From: Hyphochytrium catenoides
Lineage: Eukaryota; Protista; Hyphochytriomycota
NCBI GenBank assembly: GCA_900088475.1
Contig: FLMG01002855.1
Location: forward strand, 1-41,731
DNA: 41,731 bases
Direction of reading: 5' to 3'
The translations under genes were made by a program, and so were the position numbers. Positions within the stretch are counted from its first letter, which is position 1; each line of letters opens with the position of its first letter. A model generated the notes under the pieces. The model saw nothing but the letters and a program-made list of their open reading frames with translations, was not told the DNA's origin and made no database searches. This document shows, in pieces, positions 1-11,391 of this stretch.

Positions 1-1807
1 AGGGGAGAGAGAGAGAGAGAGAGGGGAAGCGTACAAGGGGGTGAGGGGGAGAGAGGAGAGTGAAGTGAGAGGGAAAAAGCGAGAGAAAGCGAACGGGGAT
101 AGTGAAAGAAGAAGAGACAAAGAGAGAGAAAGAAAAGGAGCCACCTCTTACAAGCATCATAGGTCCCTAGTAGACGTAGAACTAGTATGAGCTTGAGAAG
201 ATCTGTCCTCAACCCTTCTTGGAACCGAGCCCTTCCTCCCTGCTGGCCCAAGCGATGGTGACTGGTGGCCATAGGGAGACAGGGGGAAGTAAGCAGCGGT
301 TATGAAAGACTTGGACTCAATTGCAATCCCCGCTAAGAAGAGTCCCTGGGCTTCGAGTCTACTAGGAGATAAGATCTTTCATGGTTAGTTACTCTTGGCT
401 TCGATGGTGTCATTATTGTCCCCCTAGGGTTCTCAACTACATCGCTCATCATGCTGGAGCCAACGAGGCACCTCAACGACGAAGCTGGTACAATGTTGAA
501 ACGTGCCAGCACCGCTTCGGTGCCAGTTCACCGTGACGTAGAAAGAGAAGATGTTCATGAAGTCCTTGACATAAGCGAACAGCCAAGAATATGTGATGTC
601 ATCAGAAGGGCAGCATAGCGGCCTACTAGGGGTTGAGGAGCTCTCTGAGAAATAAGAGTACAAGGTCGCAGGCAAGGCCACGGCCCAAGAGACCGGGTCA
701 GTGTTGGCGCTTGGTCCCAGCGATTTAGAGATCAGCAGTAGAAGGGATAATGACCTCGGGAGGCTAACATTAATCAGCAATGTCTGTGGCTGATGGCTGC
801 TGCCGGGCGGAGAGGCTCTTATATTATGCTGGTGTTGGATAATCGTAGACACCCAGGCGGCCAATCCCCGTCTCCATGCGCAACAAGGAGTTTACGGTCT
901 GCTGCTGACCGGAGATAACAACGTCAGAAAGGTGTCATCTGCACTAAGGTTCCGTTCTTCTCCGAGCTCGCTAGATCCTAGGCTGGCGGAAGGTACTAGG
1001 AACAGTTAAGAACGAAGTATGCTTGTTATTAGGTAAGAATAACCAGTGTGGACTGTTAGGAATGCTGCCCAATAACCTGCTAGCAGAAGCGTTTGGAGCA
1101 CAACGCTTAGGTTGACCAGAGGAGGAGAGAAAATTCCTTTAGCCACAGAACAACTTCTTAGGTAGTAGAGTCCAATCTTGGCAGGACTTAAGCTCTCTCT
1201 CCTCGGAAAGCTAATGGTAGACTTTATGGTTGTCTCTAGAGCCGACCACCACTGGATCGAGGGAGGGAGGAGAGCTAATATGGAAAGTAAGAGCCAAGCA
1301 CAGCCACCGGGGCTATACGAGGAGCTGGTGACATTCAATGACTTCCGAGAAGCTAAAGAGGTCTGACGCTCCCGACGAGAAGCTAAAGAGGGGTTGCTGG
1401 ACTAGCTTATTTGTCTCACAAAAGAAGTGGCTTCAAGCTCTGCTCCTACGCAGGCGCCGTGCTGATAGCCTGACCCGTGGTAATAATCTTCTTCTTTGAT
1501 CATTGTTAGTATAAATATAGCGCAACGCAATCCTTTCCCTTCGCCTCTTGTGGGCATAGGGCTGCATGGCTTGCTTCAAACAGGTACTATTGTTTGCCTC
1601 TAAGATGCCCTCTGCTGCAAGGAAAGAGGATGAAGAGAAGTGGAGGGTGTTAAGGCCGTTGATGTCTGTACTTCGTCGATGGGGCCGCTCCTAATAAACT
1701 TCATGACTACTTAAGCTGAAAGGAATCTTGTTGGCTCTCCTTCTATCGTCCGTATTTTCCTCCTTTCCTTTACTTAGGGAACAAGCCACTCTTTATAGAC
1801 TCAGAGA

Positions 1808-2967
1808 CTATTTCTGAAGCGGCACTGCACTTATGCTTATCCGTGAGTTCGAAGGAGGAGGAGAGGGTTGGATCGAGGAGGAAGAGCTTGATGCTGGTCT
1901 GACGTAGCTGGCTAGGAAGAGGCGCATGAAGGCCGTCTGGGACTCTGTCAGGATCCCAAATATAAGTGGGATGATGCCAGCCTTTCGTTCTCTCATAGTT
2001 GACAAGAGTAGGATGTAGCCAAAACTGAATAGACAGAGATTGATGGTTAACCATTTGCTATGGTAAGCAATCCTCTGCCCCATGTTGAATAGATCGGCGG
2101 ATGGTGACTGCAGGAGCAACGAGGAGAGATTCTTTCCTTCGCTTCTCACGATCAAAGCGACAGACAGCGTGACGAAGGCAGCCATAATACCTCCACCGAT
2201 GTCAATGCCGCTAAGCATAAAGAGCACGTAGCCAATGGTAAGCAGTATTATCATAGTGTAAGCGAAAATCTTGGTATAACGGAGCGCCGGTAACTCTTGA
2301 CGGGATCTCGTCCATTTGGCACTTCGGAGGTAGACCTCTTTCCATGTAAAAAGGAGGATGGCGTAAGCGGTCAGCGTGCAGAAGGCATTAACCATGAAGG
2401 TAAGAGCCCTCTTTCCCTGGAGATGGTAGTAAGGGTCCCATCCCATGGTTGACACTATGATGCTTATCTGGCTTATCATGCCGGCAGTGCATCCAATGAC
2501 GTTACACACGAGTAGCAAAATAACCGGCCGTTGTCTCTGCTGCTGCTGCTGTTGCTGTTGGGCCACTCCTCCATTGACGTTTCTCTTCGTAGTCAGCATG
2601 ACGTAGAGTCCCCTTATATTAACGGCGACAGCGGAGACGAACAGAAGCAAACAAAAGAACGCCACTACAGCTGCCAGATACGGTGCCTAGGGTTCGTGCC
2701 GTCCGTGACAGAAAAAGGATAAAGCAGTTCGCAGTTAGCAGTTGTTTTGGAAGCGTAGGAATGAAAGTAGCCAAGAAGGCTTTGACTCACCATGGATTGT
2801 GGTACGCACTTTCCGCTGCCATCTGGACTCTCACCCATGCCGAAGAACGGAGAACAAATGCATACTCCCGAATAGGGCGCTGGCGCCTCTTCTCCTGCAC
2901 TAGGGGGATAACAGCTATAGTACGGCTTCTCACAAGAAGGATCCACCCAGACATAGCAGCCTTGCAT
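1808..2967 (-). CDS. EGF-like ectodomain + 7-TM receptor-like protein, paralog A (2 exons: 2967-2791, 2686-1808; 351 aa)
   Basis: ATG at 2967. Donor ATG|GTGAGT at 2790 and acceptor CTAG|GCA at 2687 join the two track ORFs in frame (phase 0, 104-nt intron). Exon 1 has six Cys (C-x7-C-x6-C-x16-C-x-C-x15-C). Exon 2 has seven hydrophobic segments, with YAILLFTWKEVY at the end of TM3 and poly-Q in the first loop. The structure is mirrored by paralog B. Confidence 0.85.
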
Positions 2968-3299
2968 CTTTACGAATAAACGCGCCTTCACGCCAGGCGC
3001 ACTAGCTGTTTAGGGAGGGCTGTGAGCTGATCTATACCCTGCTAGGCGTTTCTTGCTATACAGTCTGGCGAGAAGCTCTTGCTACAGAAAACAAGGTTCC
3101 CGGTCGCTATACCAGAAATCTATTGGAAAGACAACCGGTAAGGTGAGAAATCGTAGTGCACCGTTGACGATGAAGCTCAGCCCCCTGTTCCTTAAGGTCC
3201 TTCTGATTTGAAGAAGCGTGAACTCAGAATGGCTCTCTTCCAAGCAGAAGTTTCGGAGGATAGCTTACTACTTGGTAGCAACAGAAGGAGAAAAGTAGT

Positions 3300-3500
3300 A
3301 GTAGCTCGCAGAACCCGCTTCAGCTGTTTGTCATCCTCTTGGAGGCAATTGCTGACATCAAGGCTCCGAAGTTGCTCTGGACACCTATGCAGATCACCTC
3401 CCCTGTCACCTAGGACCACGAAAGCCTAAGTGTTTGATGGATGTCGCAGTAAGAATTAGAGGCGAGAAGGTTAAAGAAGAGCTCTTAAGCTGCAGTTCTA
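3300..3500 (+). pseudogene. Possible highly decayed non-LTR (LINE) reverse transcriptase fragment
   Basis: Across a frameshift it reads QNPLQLFVILLEAIAD ... TYADHL ... KPKCLM, echoing RT motifs QGxPLSPxLFxxxLE / YADD / KTKxM. Weak and recognised by eye only. Confidence 0.3.
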
Positions 3501-3868
3501 ACCTCCTCGGTCGCCAACATCGGGTAGTTATCCAAGCTCTCCTTTCCTCTCCATACCTGAGGTTTAGGTACCCTCGCCCCCGCTCCTCCACAGAGGACCA
3601 GAGGGCCGTACATTTTTCTTCGTTAACATCATCCTCTCCCAAATAAACAACCCACCTAACGACCAAGGTTGATTGATAGTCATTCTCTTCCTGCAGTGGA
3701 GATTGGGAACTTGCTTCAGCTGCAACTTGCTGCTCGCTGGTTAATGAGTTGCCTTTCCTTACTCTTTTTCCACCTATCTCTGGTTCTCATCCGACTCCGC
3801 ACTGTCTCTTGTTGTCTCTTCTACCTCTTCCCATCTTCTGAGGTCATCTCATAACAATCCATTAAGCT

Positions 3869-3869
3869 C

Positions 3870-3905
<36 letters not shown>

Positions 3906-3978
3906 GTCTNNNNNNNNNNNNNNNNNNNNNNNNNNNNNNNNNNNNNNCTCTCTCTCTCTCTCTCTCTTCTCTCTCTCC
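3869..3978. repeat. (CT)n microsatellite spanning an assembly gap (N 3910-3947)
   Basis: CT dinucleotide runs on both sides of the N run. Confidence 0.95.
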
Positions 3979-4270
3979 ACCCCATCCCTAGTTGTCCGCC
4001 TCTGTTACCCAGCGCTAACTGGCTGCTGATGACGTTAACACGATAAGCCACGGATCCTGGGCCCCTACCCAAAGTGGCGGAATGGGAGCAGAGCGGCCGT
4101 TACAAGGCAAGGCTATTTTGAGATAGCTCCAGGAGGAGATCTGACTTTCGTGTGGGGAGCAAAAGGTGCGGTTGGCAAGAGGTAAAGAGTAAAGACGCTA
4201 TACAGAACAGGTTCAGGTGGAGTATGTGCGGCACCATGCGCACCACGTTTGAGGTACATCATTGCTTAGA

Positions 4271-4302
4271 CTAGATTTAACCAGAGTGCGCACTTCGGTG
4301 CG
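4271..4302 (-). mobile_element. Helitron-like 3' terminus (hairpin + CTAG)
   Basis: The minus strand reads CGCAC-CGAA-GTGCG (hairpin), 14 nt, CTAG, then T. This matches the canonical Helitron 3' end and AT target. No 5' TC end or RepHel ORF was identified. Confidence 0.45.
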
Positions 4303-5188
4303 GAAGGTTGAGTTGCTTCTCCTGTTACCTTCAGCAGTCTTATTGACTACAGTAGGTAGTACTACCGTTACAGCAGCACGACCCACTACTACCGCCAGAG
4401 ACAGGCGTCATCCTCCTCCTGCGAGCGCGGGCGACGATCTCTACGGCGGCAGCCGGAACAGCTAATTCACAGCAGCAGAGCACCACCACCCGCCGTAGTA
4501 TGGCTACAGGGGCCCACCACCACCACCACCATCACTAGAAGTCTCGGGGCACTTGGTTGGCCTTCCTCGACCGTTCTACGAAGTCATCCCTGCTCGGTAG
4601 TATCCCCCACCATTCTTTCTGTGACAGCGTCCATGCATCACGACCTTTTTTTTATGTGTAACAAAGGCCCTAGTTATATCAGGGCGCGGATTGTAGAGCT
4701 AGAGAGTAGCAGCACTCCATGTGCCACAGTCTCGGAGTTCGCCGTTAGAAGGATATCATGACAAGAGGTTTAGAAGTACCTCCTCCTATTACATGCTGCT
4801 TCGATTGGGTGTCTTTATCTAGAGAAGGAGGAGCAATAGAGTGTCTCCCCTCGGCTCCACTTGGACTTTTGAAAAGGGTTTTAGCTGAGGGCTCGTTGCT
4901 GTCGATTGATGGAGGAGGACTTGTGCTCTGTAAGTACGAGATGGACTAGAAAACTGATTGATCGAAGATCAAGTGCTCATCAAGCCCATCGGTCGTGTCA
5001 AGAGCTGTTCTTCTTCTTCGGCACCAGGTAGATTACTGAAGTGGCTGATCAGTATCTATCACTACTGAACTACGTCCTATGTCCTCAAGAAGTAGGTAAA
5101 TGTGCAACACATCCACGATAGAAGTAGAGAAGGAGAGCAGACCTAGAAGAATCATGAAGAAGGCACGCCTTCGAGAAGCTCGGTTCCT

Positions 5189-5252
5189 TGTGTTCAGTGG
5201 AGAAGATTGGACTGCCATCATGTGTTCAGTGGAGAAGATCGGACTGCCATCA
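5189..5252. repeat. 32-bp tandem duplication
   Basis: TGTGTTCAGTGGAGAAGAT[T/C]GGACTGCCATCA occurs twice (5189-5220, 5221-5252) with one mismatch. Confidence 0.95.
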
Positions 5253-5542
5253 GAAGTTCCATCTGCAAAGTCTAACGCAGAAGACAAGCGCATTGCAAGA
5301 GAGGCTTTCAGTGCAAGTCCGAATGCTGGCAGTGAACGTCTATTAGTACTCCTTACAAGGGATATCCAGGGTAGTTTTATCCATCAGCACCCATATTTGA
5401 CATCACTATGAGAAGGATGACTTGCCTTCATTTATGCAAACTGCCTACTACCGAGGTGGCCTGATGTTAATCAACCATCTAGCTTGTTTTCATCCTTCTT
5501 TTAACGTCACCCAACCCCACACACAAGACATCTGCACACGTT

Positions 5543-6734
5543 CTAAGAAGAGCTGGTACTAGGGTTTACGGTAGAGGTACTAGAGGAAGCTGGTCGGAGG
5601 TACTCCGCAAACACCATGAAGGCGCGTGAGAAGTGCGTCTCCGTCAGGACTGAGAAGATAAGCGGAACTATGCTGGCCCCTTGCTCCCTTACTGTCGCCA
5701 AATGAAGAACATTGAATAGAACAAAGATATAGTGCATAAGGGCCAGCTTTGTGGAATACTTGCCAATCCGCTGACCAACGTCCTGCAGAGCCGTCGACTG
5801 CGACTGAAAGATGAGGGTGGTAAGATTCTTCCCGATCTGTCGAATGGCAAGCCCTATGAGCAGGGCGGTAAGACAGGCAAGTATCTCTGAACCTATCTTT
5901 ATGCCCAATATTGCCAGTATTATGTAACCTGCTGGTAGCAGGATGGCCAATGCGTAGGCTGCGATTCTGGCATACCAGAAGCCAGGGATTTCGTGCCTCG
6001 ATTTGGACATAGTGGCGCTTCGTAGATAAACTTCTCGCCAACTAAGCAATAGGAGGGAATCCGAAAGCAGGATGCAGCATCCGATGATGGAGAACGCAAG
6101 AGGCCTAAGTATTGTGCTGAGCCAATAATCCGAGTCATAGCCTAGGGCGGCAATAACCAGGCTTCCTTGGGATGTTAAGCCCCCAATGCAACCCATGACA
6201 TTGAAAGCCAACATAAAGTATTGAGGTTTCCAGCGCCGGTTACTAGTGATAGATCCACTATTATCCGGGGCCGCCGTCCTACCTCTCTTCAACTCCTTGG
6301 ACTTGCTGAGCATGACTAGTGACTTCGCATTGGACGCAGCCGTTAAGAGGAATAGAATGAAGCAGAGGCTACCCGCTACGGCGGCCAAGTATGATGCCTA
6401 CGCATGTAAGGGTTTGGTTAGAGAAAGCTCAAATACACAGTGGCGTAAGGACTCATATGAACCGTCAATTTTGAGCCACAGCCCTTCAGTACGAACAGAT
6501 GTACGTCGGTTTGACGACGTGGTGCTAAGAACCTACCAACGTTCCGCCTTCACACAGTGTAGCATTGGCGCCTGCATCCTCCATAACCTCAAATCCATAG
6601 AATGATGAGCAGCCGCAGATGCCTCCACCGTTTGAAGCGGAATTACTATCAATACTCTGCTTGGCGCGACGGTAACAGTCATGATACGGTTGACTACAAC
6701 GGCCATTGATCCAGAGACTGCAGCTCTCCTCCAT
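5543..6734 (-). CDS. EGF-like ectodomain + 7-TM receptor-like protein, paralog B (2 exons: 6734-6537, 6397-5543; 350 aa)
   Basis: ATG at 6734. Donor TTG|GTAGGT at 6536, acceptor GTAG|GCA at 6398 (phase 0, 139 nt), the same intron position as paralog A. Six Cys (C-x7-C-x6-C-x19-C-x-C-x18-C) and an NAT sequon. Shared motifs NVxGCxxGxxSQ, LLxxW[KR]EVYLRSA, SRxE[LI]P, GQRI, [IV]PLIFxxLTE, Y[VL]RPASSS. Confidence 0.85.
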
Positions 6735-8179
6735 GGCGTTGAACGTAAGACCCAGCAACTGATCTCCAAATAGAACAAGGTGACCAGCTTCTTGTTGTCT
6801 TCCTTTTTACGCTTGGCTCTCCTGGCACTTATGCTCTGATCTTGCCATCTCGGCCGCACAGCCTCTGCCTGTCGTCAGAGCATTAATCCTCGATACGCGA
6901 CTTGGACCTTGTCAGCTCTGATGTTATAGAAACTTGGCAGAAGTCGTAGTAGCAGCAGCGAGAAAGAGACTCGTGCTTGCAGCATTGGCCATATCGTGTC
7001 AGGTCTTATTAGGATATGAAGCTCAGACGACCAAGCTGTTGACTGAAGGGCTTAACAGACAAAGTTAAGTGCCTGAATGATGTTGCTGCAGGTACTGGCG
7101 GTGTTGATTATCATGGAAAGCGGGTGATAACTAGATAGTGCGTGCATTGCCGTAGAGAGTGGGGGAGAGTACCTTCTTCCTTTTTCGCTTTCCACCTAAC
7201 CCCAGGTCCAATAATCTGAAAGACTACTATGATGTGCGTCTCATCTCTATGATGACTGTTAACCTGCTTCCACCGCCCAAGCTGGTGCCAACGGCGGGAC
7301 CAGGTACTCCGCCACGCCAGCTTGGACGGACCAAAGGGGATGGGACCAATTGAGCCGGCAACGTTTACGTGGAGCCATGTTTGGAGCCAAGATTGGAGCC
7401 ACCAACAAAGCTTGGAGCAGCTTTTCCTGCTGAAGCAAGGCAGGATTGTGCTTGCCGGGTCTCGAGGAAGCATGAGGCGGGCGGAGCGAGGGAGCTGCCC
7501 CCCAAGCAGCCATTCCGTGAAAGGCCAGAAAGAAAGGAGGGCGTGCGTGTAACGGACGCGGAACCTGGGTCTCTAAAGCGGGCATCCTCATAATGTACCC
7601 AATATGGCCTAGAAAGGAAGGTTTCCTCGTGAAGTTTACATGGCTAAAGGGAAGATTTCCTAGGATGGAGGAGCTTTAGAAAAGGCCTTGGGAAAGGTGC
7701 CTACAGTTCACATAGGTCTACAGGTACAGGACTACAGGACGTTATAAGTACGCTCTAGTCCCCATTATTATTATGTCCTGGAAGTTTAGAACTACTTTAC
7801 TGTCCAGTCTACAAGTCTACAAGTCTACCTGACACTGCCGACTTCCCCCAGGACTGCCCCATCCTGATCCAGTCTATTTTCTATAAAAGTGAAAAAGCCA
7901 AAGAAAACTGAAAGGAGGGTTCTGTCAGAATTATTCAGACTAGAACTACATCATACTTTGAGGTCCTAGATATCCTAGCGTTTTACTAGGAGACATCTTT
8001 TTTATCCAGCAGGAAGGTTTAGACGGGGTTTGTTCACGAACACTGCTGCTTCCTCAATAGAGTGGCTCCACCCAAGGATGGAGAGCCGGACATTCTGATG
8101 GATTCTTTTCTTTTTCCTTCTGAAGAGCGTTGACCTATTCTCTCTCTCTCTCTTGACTGCCCTTCCCCCTTCTTCTTCT

Positions 8180-8900
8180 CTTCCCGTCCATCACCAATAG
8201 CCACACTTGCCCTAAGATTTGTTGTTAGTACATTGACGAAGGCTTTGCCTCTTGTAATTGACTGTGGGGCCAAGTCCACAACGTAAGGAATTGTCCTAAG
8301 ATGGCCAAGGTTCGAACAGAGCGTCAGAGCCACAGATGCAGGAATTCTTAGGCCCGCCATTCTTGATAAGGTGAACATCAGACACAGATACAATGCAAAC
8401 TCACTACCCCTGGCATAGCGACAAACCCTAGCTTAGATTGTACTAACACAGCGTTATGCGGCTCCCACAGGTCGTTGTTGGGGGTTCTATGTTGGTGTGG
8501 TTGAGGTCTTCTCTTGATTGGTGCAGCGCCCTTGATCATCCTCAAGGGAAGGGTGACCAGTCCTCCACGCTATCGACGCAGCTTCACTTCCGCCCTCACA
8601 CTAGCCTAGCTGACGCAGGCCTCTGCGAGGAAGAGTGCGCGTCAACGAGACAGAGCTATACTAAAGCTCGGAATGGCTTGTTTAGAAAGGTCTAGAGGTA
8701 TGGATTGGGGAATAGAGGTGAGAGAACGAGCGATCTTGTCACACTGTTGGAGGAAAGAGAAAGAGGAGAAGAGGAGGGAAGTGGAATCCATATCCTTTAT
8801 AATTGACACAGCATCCTCTGAGACGATGAAGAATCCATCAATAGCCTGTGCGAAGGACAGATGGCCTCGACTATAACTTTCCGCCCCTCACAGGCTCTCC
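8180..8900 (-). pseudogene. Pseudogene with C-terminal GRF-type zinc finger (possible upstream ERCC4/MUS81-like fragment)
   Basis: 8380-8180 translates ...SCICGSDALFEPWPS*DNSLRCGLGPTVNYKRQSLRQCTNNKS*GKCGYW*W, fitting the CxCG...GPNxGRxFxxC...CxxFxW pattern with three in-frame stops. Near 8850, AQAIDGFFIV resembles MUS81 TQVIDGFFVK (weak). Confidence 0.45.
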
Positions 8901-9377
8901 TTCCAACTACCGTCGCAGTTGAGGAGAAGAGGGAAGATCAGGGACGTCCAACTTGGCTCCATTGACAGTGAACTTGGAAGGAAGAGAAAGTCTAAGAGAC
9001 ATAAGACAGAAACCAAGAGACATCACACAGCCAGAAGCAGTTTATCTCCTCTTTCTCTCTCTCTCCCTCTCGTCTCTTCCCTTCCCTTTCTCTCTTCTCT
9101 CTTCCTTTCCATCTGGCCCAATGACCCCAGCTTCGCCCTCCCCTCCCACTTTGGACCCTTCTCGCCGTCAAGACAGTTCACCAATTAAACTGCGACGAAG
9201 GACCTGGTAAGTGCCATGGTTGCCAAGTAGCAGATAAAGGGCACTTCCTACTTTACCAAGGAGACGAGAAGCGCTCCCGCCCGCTGCCCACCCAGTCGTC
9301 TTCAGGTGCAGCGTTCGTCGCCCGTATTGTCTTAGCTGTTCGTGGCGCTCCCAGAGAGCTTAAGCTGACTAAGAAGA

Positions 9378-11165
9378 ATGGCAAGCTTGGTACGGAGCTT
9401 CATCTCGCGCATCACGCTGCGGAAACCTATGAACGTCATCATCGCAGAGAATGATGCAGAGAAGCTTGAGAGGACCTTGGGCCTCTTTGATCTTCTCATG
9501 ATCGGTATCGGAGGGACAGTCGGAAGTGGTATCTTCGCCACCGCTACGGACATTGCTGCCAATACAGCCGGACCTTCAGCGGTTATGAGTTGGATTTTGG
9601 CAGGCATCGGATGCTGCCTCTCAGGTCTGTCCTTTATGGAGATGTCCACAAGGATTGCGAGCTCTGGGTCCACTTACGCTTATAGCTACCACGCCATTGG
9701 TGAGTGGGCTGCTGCCTTTGCAGGATGGCTACTAACGTTAGAGTACGGTGTGTCCGGGGCTGGCGTGGCTCGTAGCTGGGCTAGCAAGCTCGTGGTTTGG
9801 ATTACCAGCTTAGGAGGCACCGTGCCCACTGCACTCCAGACTTCCTATGAAAACGAAGATGATGGCGAGCGCCAACTGGGTATTCTTGCCGCGCTTATGA
9901 TGCTGGTCTGTGTAGCCATTGTGGGGATGGGATTGCAGATCGGCAAGCCAGTGATGAACTCCATCACGCTTGTTAAGATTGGAGTAGTTCTCTTTATCAT
10001 CATGGTTGGTCTATCTCAGTTCCATGGGTCAAATCTCTCTCCGTTTATCCCTCCACGTGAGCCTGCTACGGAAGACAGTGATGCTCGCTATGGTGTCTCT
10101 GGTATGATGCTGGGCGCCAGCCAGGCCTTCTTCGGATACATTGGGTACGATGAGGTGTGCTGCCTTTCTGGTGAGACCAAAAACCCGATCAGGACCATGC
10201 CGCGTGCTGTGCTGGGAGTTATCCTCGCTACCTGTGCTCTGTCTGTCTTTTCTACTCTGGCACTTGTCGGAATGAGATCCTACGAAGAGATCGATGGCGA
10301 CGGAGGCTTCGCTACCGCCTTCCGTCAGGAAGGTCTTAGCTGGGCTGCCGAGATTGTGGCTGCGGGCGAGGTGCTGACCATGCCTGTCGTGGTTCTTATC
10401 AGCTTTCTTGCACAGCCACGTCTATTGTTCGCGATGGCGGAGGACGGACTTTTGCCTGCCATCTTTTCGCGTGTAGAGCGAAATGGAGTGCTTCTGTATG
10501 GAACCGTCATCAGTGGCTTTCTCATGATTATCGTGGCGCTTGGAGTGAAGTTCACTACACTCTGGGATGTCATTTCTCTCGGCATCTTGACCTCTTTCAA
10601 CCTCACGAACTCTTGCGTCGTCATGGTTCGTTATAGAGACAACAGCCCAGTCCTAGCGCCGGCACTATGGTTCGCTTTCCTTGTCCTATCACTTACTGCA
10701 TGCATGCTCTGGCAGAACCAAGTCATCCTGGTAGACGACCCTTCTACTGGCGCATGGGCCGCTTCTGCCATCTTCACCGTCTTGGCTTTCGTCCCTGTCG
10801 TGGGAATGATGTTTTACTGTCGCAAGTCCTACGACTTCGGTCCTGAGGTGTTCACGGTTCCTTTTACTCCACTTCTACAGACCGTAGCAGTCTCTTTCAA
10901 CTGGTTCCTGTTCTCTCAGATCTCCTTCGACTCAATGTACTACTACCTAGGATATCTTGGCATTGCCGTGGTGGTCTATGCCATCTACGGCTTCCGCAAC
11001 TCTGTCGGTAACAACACCTCCTGGAAGGACGTGCTTGATTACACTGTAAATCACAAGGCCAGCATGCTGCGAGGTTCTTTCCAGTCTGGTACGCCAGGCA
11101 AAGGCGGACTCGACTCTCACGTCTTCAAGGAGGCTGCAAGTACTCCGCATACCTCATCAGTGTAA
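9378..11165 (+). CDS. APC-superfamily cationic amino acid transporter (CAT/SLC7-like), intronless, 595 aa
   Basis: Motifs LERTLGLFDL, GIGGTVGSGIF, AGPS, GSTYAYSY, WLLTLEY, FFGYIGYDEV, ETKNP, QPRLLFAMAEDGLLP and C-terminal FTVPFTPLL (AA_permease_C-like). About 14 TM segments. Confidence 0.95.
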   Translation: MASLVRSFISRITLRKPMNVIIAENDAEKLERTLGLFDLLMIGIGGTVGSGIFATATDIAANTAGPSAVMSWILAGIGCCLSGLSFMEMSTRIASSGSTYAYSYHAIGEWAAAFAGWLLTLEYGVSGAGVARSWASKLVVWITSLGGTVPTALQTSYENEDDGERQLGILAALMMLVCVAIVGMGLQIGKPVMNSITLVKIGVVLFIIMVGLSQFHGSNLSPFIPPREPATEDSDARYGVSGMMLGASQAFFGYIGYDEVCCLSGETKNPIRTMPRAVLGVILATCALSVFSTLALVGMRSYEEIDGDGGFATAFRQEGLSWAAEIVAAGEVLTMPVVVLISFLAQPRLLFAMAEDGLLPAIFSRVERNGVLLYGTVISGFLMIIVALGVKFTTLWDVISLGILTSFNLTNSCVVMVRYRDNSPVLAPALWFAFLVLSLTACMLWQNQVILVDDPSTGAWAASAIFTVLAFVPVVGMMFYCRKSYDFGPEVFTVPFTPLLQTVAVSFNWFLFSQISFDSMYYYLGYLGIAVVVYAIYGFRNSVGNNTSWKDVLDYTVNHKASMLRGSFQSGTPGKGGLDSHVFKEAASTPHTSSV

Positions 11166-11391
11166 ATAGCATTTGTGACGGTTCGTAGTCGTGTTGTGTG
11201 CATAAGGTTCCTATCTCCAGTGGTGAGGGAACCACACTCATATCTTCAGTTAATGGCTACCCTTTGGAGAGCCCAGCGAATAATTTATTAAGTGTCTTCA
11301 CCTGCGAGAATATCCTACTTTTTGCCGATAGTGAGTCGTGTTCCCACTACTAGTCAGCTGCTGCCATAGCCTAAGATCAGCTATAAGATCC

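Noticed and set aside
509-545. Hairpin GCACCG-CTT-CGGTGC as a second Helitron end or terminator
   Set aside because: Not followed by CTRR or a U-tract; likely chance.
200-1460. Possible LINE APE endonuclease relic on the minus strand (RRGLAAWVS ... LLSGDCN)
   Set aside because: Motif spacing is about twice the expected distance and the frames are full of stops; too weak to call.
2665-2991. Prokaryote-style overlapping two-gene operon (small Cys-rich ORF + membrane ORF)
   Set aside because: Explained by one spliced gene with a conserved GT-AG intron.
5100-5411. ORF with SASPNAGSER resembling a hAT dimerisation motif
   Set aside because: No other hAT motifs are recognisable.
6900-7600. Several overlapping short ORFs
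   Set aside because: No recognisable domain or consistent splice model; probably a decayed repeat.
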